From Phoronis australis (lineage: Eukaryota > Animalia > Phoronida): a stretch of DNA of 64,000 nt. The notes beneath the pieces are model-generated. The model had not been told where the DNA came from. It searched no databases and saw only the letters and a program-made list of their open reading frames with translations. The DNA is taken from positions 103,250-167,249 of the forward strand of contig NMRA01000508.1 of assembly GCA_002633005.1 (NCBI GenBank), written 5' to 3'. A program made the translations under genes and the position numbers. Of this stretch, positions 62,379 through 64,000 are shown one piece after another (position 1 is the stretch's first letter; each line of letters opens with the position of its first letter).

Positions 62379-63002
62379 CACATGAGTCATTTAGAATTAC
62401 ACAATCCATTCATGGACCATTCGCGTAATGTAGTAAGCATTTACGCGGAGACTACCACTTTTTGCGAAAAATTTGGATTTTGTCAAACCTAGCCACACTT
62501 GTTTTGCTTAGACGGGCTTAGTCATTCACCATATAAGGAAAATGCGTGACGTCAGAAATTACAAAATCCTTTAATCAATACTTTAAAGGTGCCCTCTCGT
62601 TTTATTTTAGTATCGATTATAGTCTATGATTTTAGTAAAAATTCCATAAAACGGATTTTAACGCAAGTTGCAGAGTGTAGCTCTGCCGAAATGTAAGCTG
62701 AAATAGTGTTCGTGGCGTAGATGGGTTCGCACATGTTGTTACCCACATGTGCCGGTACTAATACCTTTCAATGTAGCAATAGTCTGAAGACAGGTCGAGT
62801 TAATCGCTTAGTTACATGTAATCTCGACCGCACGTTCACAAGTCTACTCAAATAAAACGTTTGACTTAAGTGTTGCATTTCGAAGCTCATCTGTTCTAAA
62901 TGGATAATGTAACGGAGAGTTTATAGTTCACAAACATTGCTAAGTCTGGTCTGCAAGTCACCTATTGGCCACATCACGAACAAAGATCCGAAAATATTTG
63001 TG

Positions 63003-63036
63003 CCCCCGACCGGGACTCGAACCCAGGACCTTCTGC
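63003..63036 (-). pseudogene. tRNA 3'-half remnant (SINE head)
   Basis: Minus strand reads GCAGAAGGTCCTGGGTTCGAGTCCCGGTCGGGGG, a T-arm with a perfect B box. The 5' half is missing. Confidence 0.5.
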
Positions 63037-63369
63037 TATCCGTGTATTTATAGTAGAATATTCGTCTCACTGGTCCATGAAATGTGCAGAACACTTATCC
63101 CAACTTCATTTGTTCTCACGACCTTCACCCTAGGGCACCTGAAAGTTGTTGATCTTCACTTACGGCGCGTTTCATAGTTCACTGTTCACTGCGCAAGTTC
63201 ACGACCCTCAGACGATTTCAACTCACTGCAATCAACACGAACTTGAACTTAGTTTTTAAGACAGCAGTAAGAGTACATGTAGCTGACATAAAAAGACCGA
63301 TAACATGCAGCTATAGTTAACTAGTTACAATATTTATGTGTCACAGTGACACGTACAGTAGTAAATTAC

Positions 63370-64000
63370 AACAATACAATACAATACAATACAATACAAT
63401 ACAATACAATACAATACAATTAAATTAAATATGTATGTTCCCAATCCTTTGGTTTTATTTTCACCTTCAATTCTGCATATATTGAATAATAGGGTATAAT
63501 GTCTCGTTTCTTCTGAAGTAGGCTTCTTATACAATTGTTGCCAAATGAAACAAAACCTGGCGTGCGTTCAGTAGACGCTAGGACCTACGCTAGGACCTAG
63601 CTAAAACCTAGTCAAAGTCATGTGTTCTCATTTAAAATGCATGGCAATATCTCACGTAATCTCGCGAAGTCTTGCTCTTTAGCGAGGTCCTAGCGTTACT
63701 GAACGCCCGTCTGGTGTTTTTCAATGCCACTCAACTAATTTAAATTGTGAGAAGCAATTTTGGAGAAAATGTCATTTCCCAGGTGATCATTACGGGCAGA
63801 CGAAAATGAAATGTTACTCATCTTCGATTACAAATTCTTTCGTCAGCAGGAATATTTGTAAACAGTTCTGCTTCAATTTCTAAAGGCGACGATCCCAAAC
63901 GTAACTGAGCTAAAAAAAGTTTTTCTAATCGGGTAATGGTCCAATGTAACGTGCCCAATTTTTTGAGAACCAGTTTTCTCCACTGAATAAGGGGCATCAA
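63370..64000 (-). mobile_element. 3' end of a CR1/L2-group LINE with (TATTG)n tail, interrupted by a MITE
   Basis: LAQLRLGSSPLEIEAELFTNIPADERIC resembles the LRxGxxPLxIExGRxxxxPxxERIC C-terminal motif. A (CAATA)n array at 63371-63420 on the + strand serves as the tail. Confidence 0.65.
63556..63714 (+). mobile_element. Harbinger-like MITE, copy 3, CTG TSD
   Basis: AAAAC-CTG|GCGTGCGTTCAGTAGACGCTAGGACCT...AGGTCCTAGCGTTACTGAACGCCCGT|CTG-GTGTTT. Confidence 0.8.

Overview
AT-rich (about 40% GC by eye) animal genomic DNA with spliceosomal introns, probably from a marine invertebrate; the taxon is not determinable from sequence alone. There are two assembly gaps (2496-2966, 24341-24656). Bases 1-26 kb hold a head-to-tail cluster of three paralogous C2H2 zinc-finger genes on the + strand, with no recognisable KRAB, SCAN, BTB or ZAD domain. 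The five long ZnF ORFs are best read as exons: a large 'B' exon joins by a phase-0 intron to a terminal 7-finger 'A' exon. Bases 33-38 kb on the - strand contain a reconstructable 3-exon, about 116-aa secreted prepropeptide (signal peptide, RxxR and KR sites) that I do not recognise. The rest is a transposon graveyard: Hero, Tx1/L1 and CR1/L2-like LINE remnants, a DIRS/Ngaro tyrosine recombinase remnant, a hAT transposase remnant, a TTAA Kolobok-type element, a tRNA SINE and several MITE families, many with unusual 5-bp TSDs. The octamer TACATGTA is strongly over-represented, and one paralogous MITE pair shows it arising as a TA to TACATGTA insertion.
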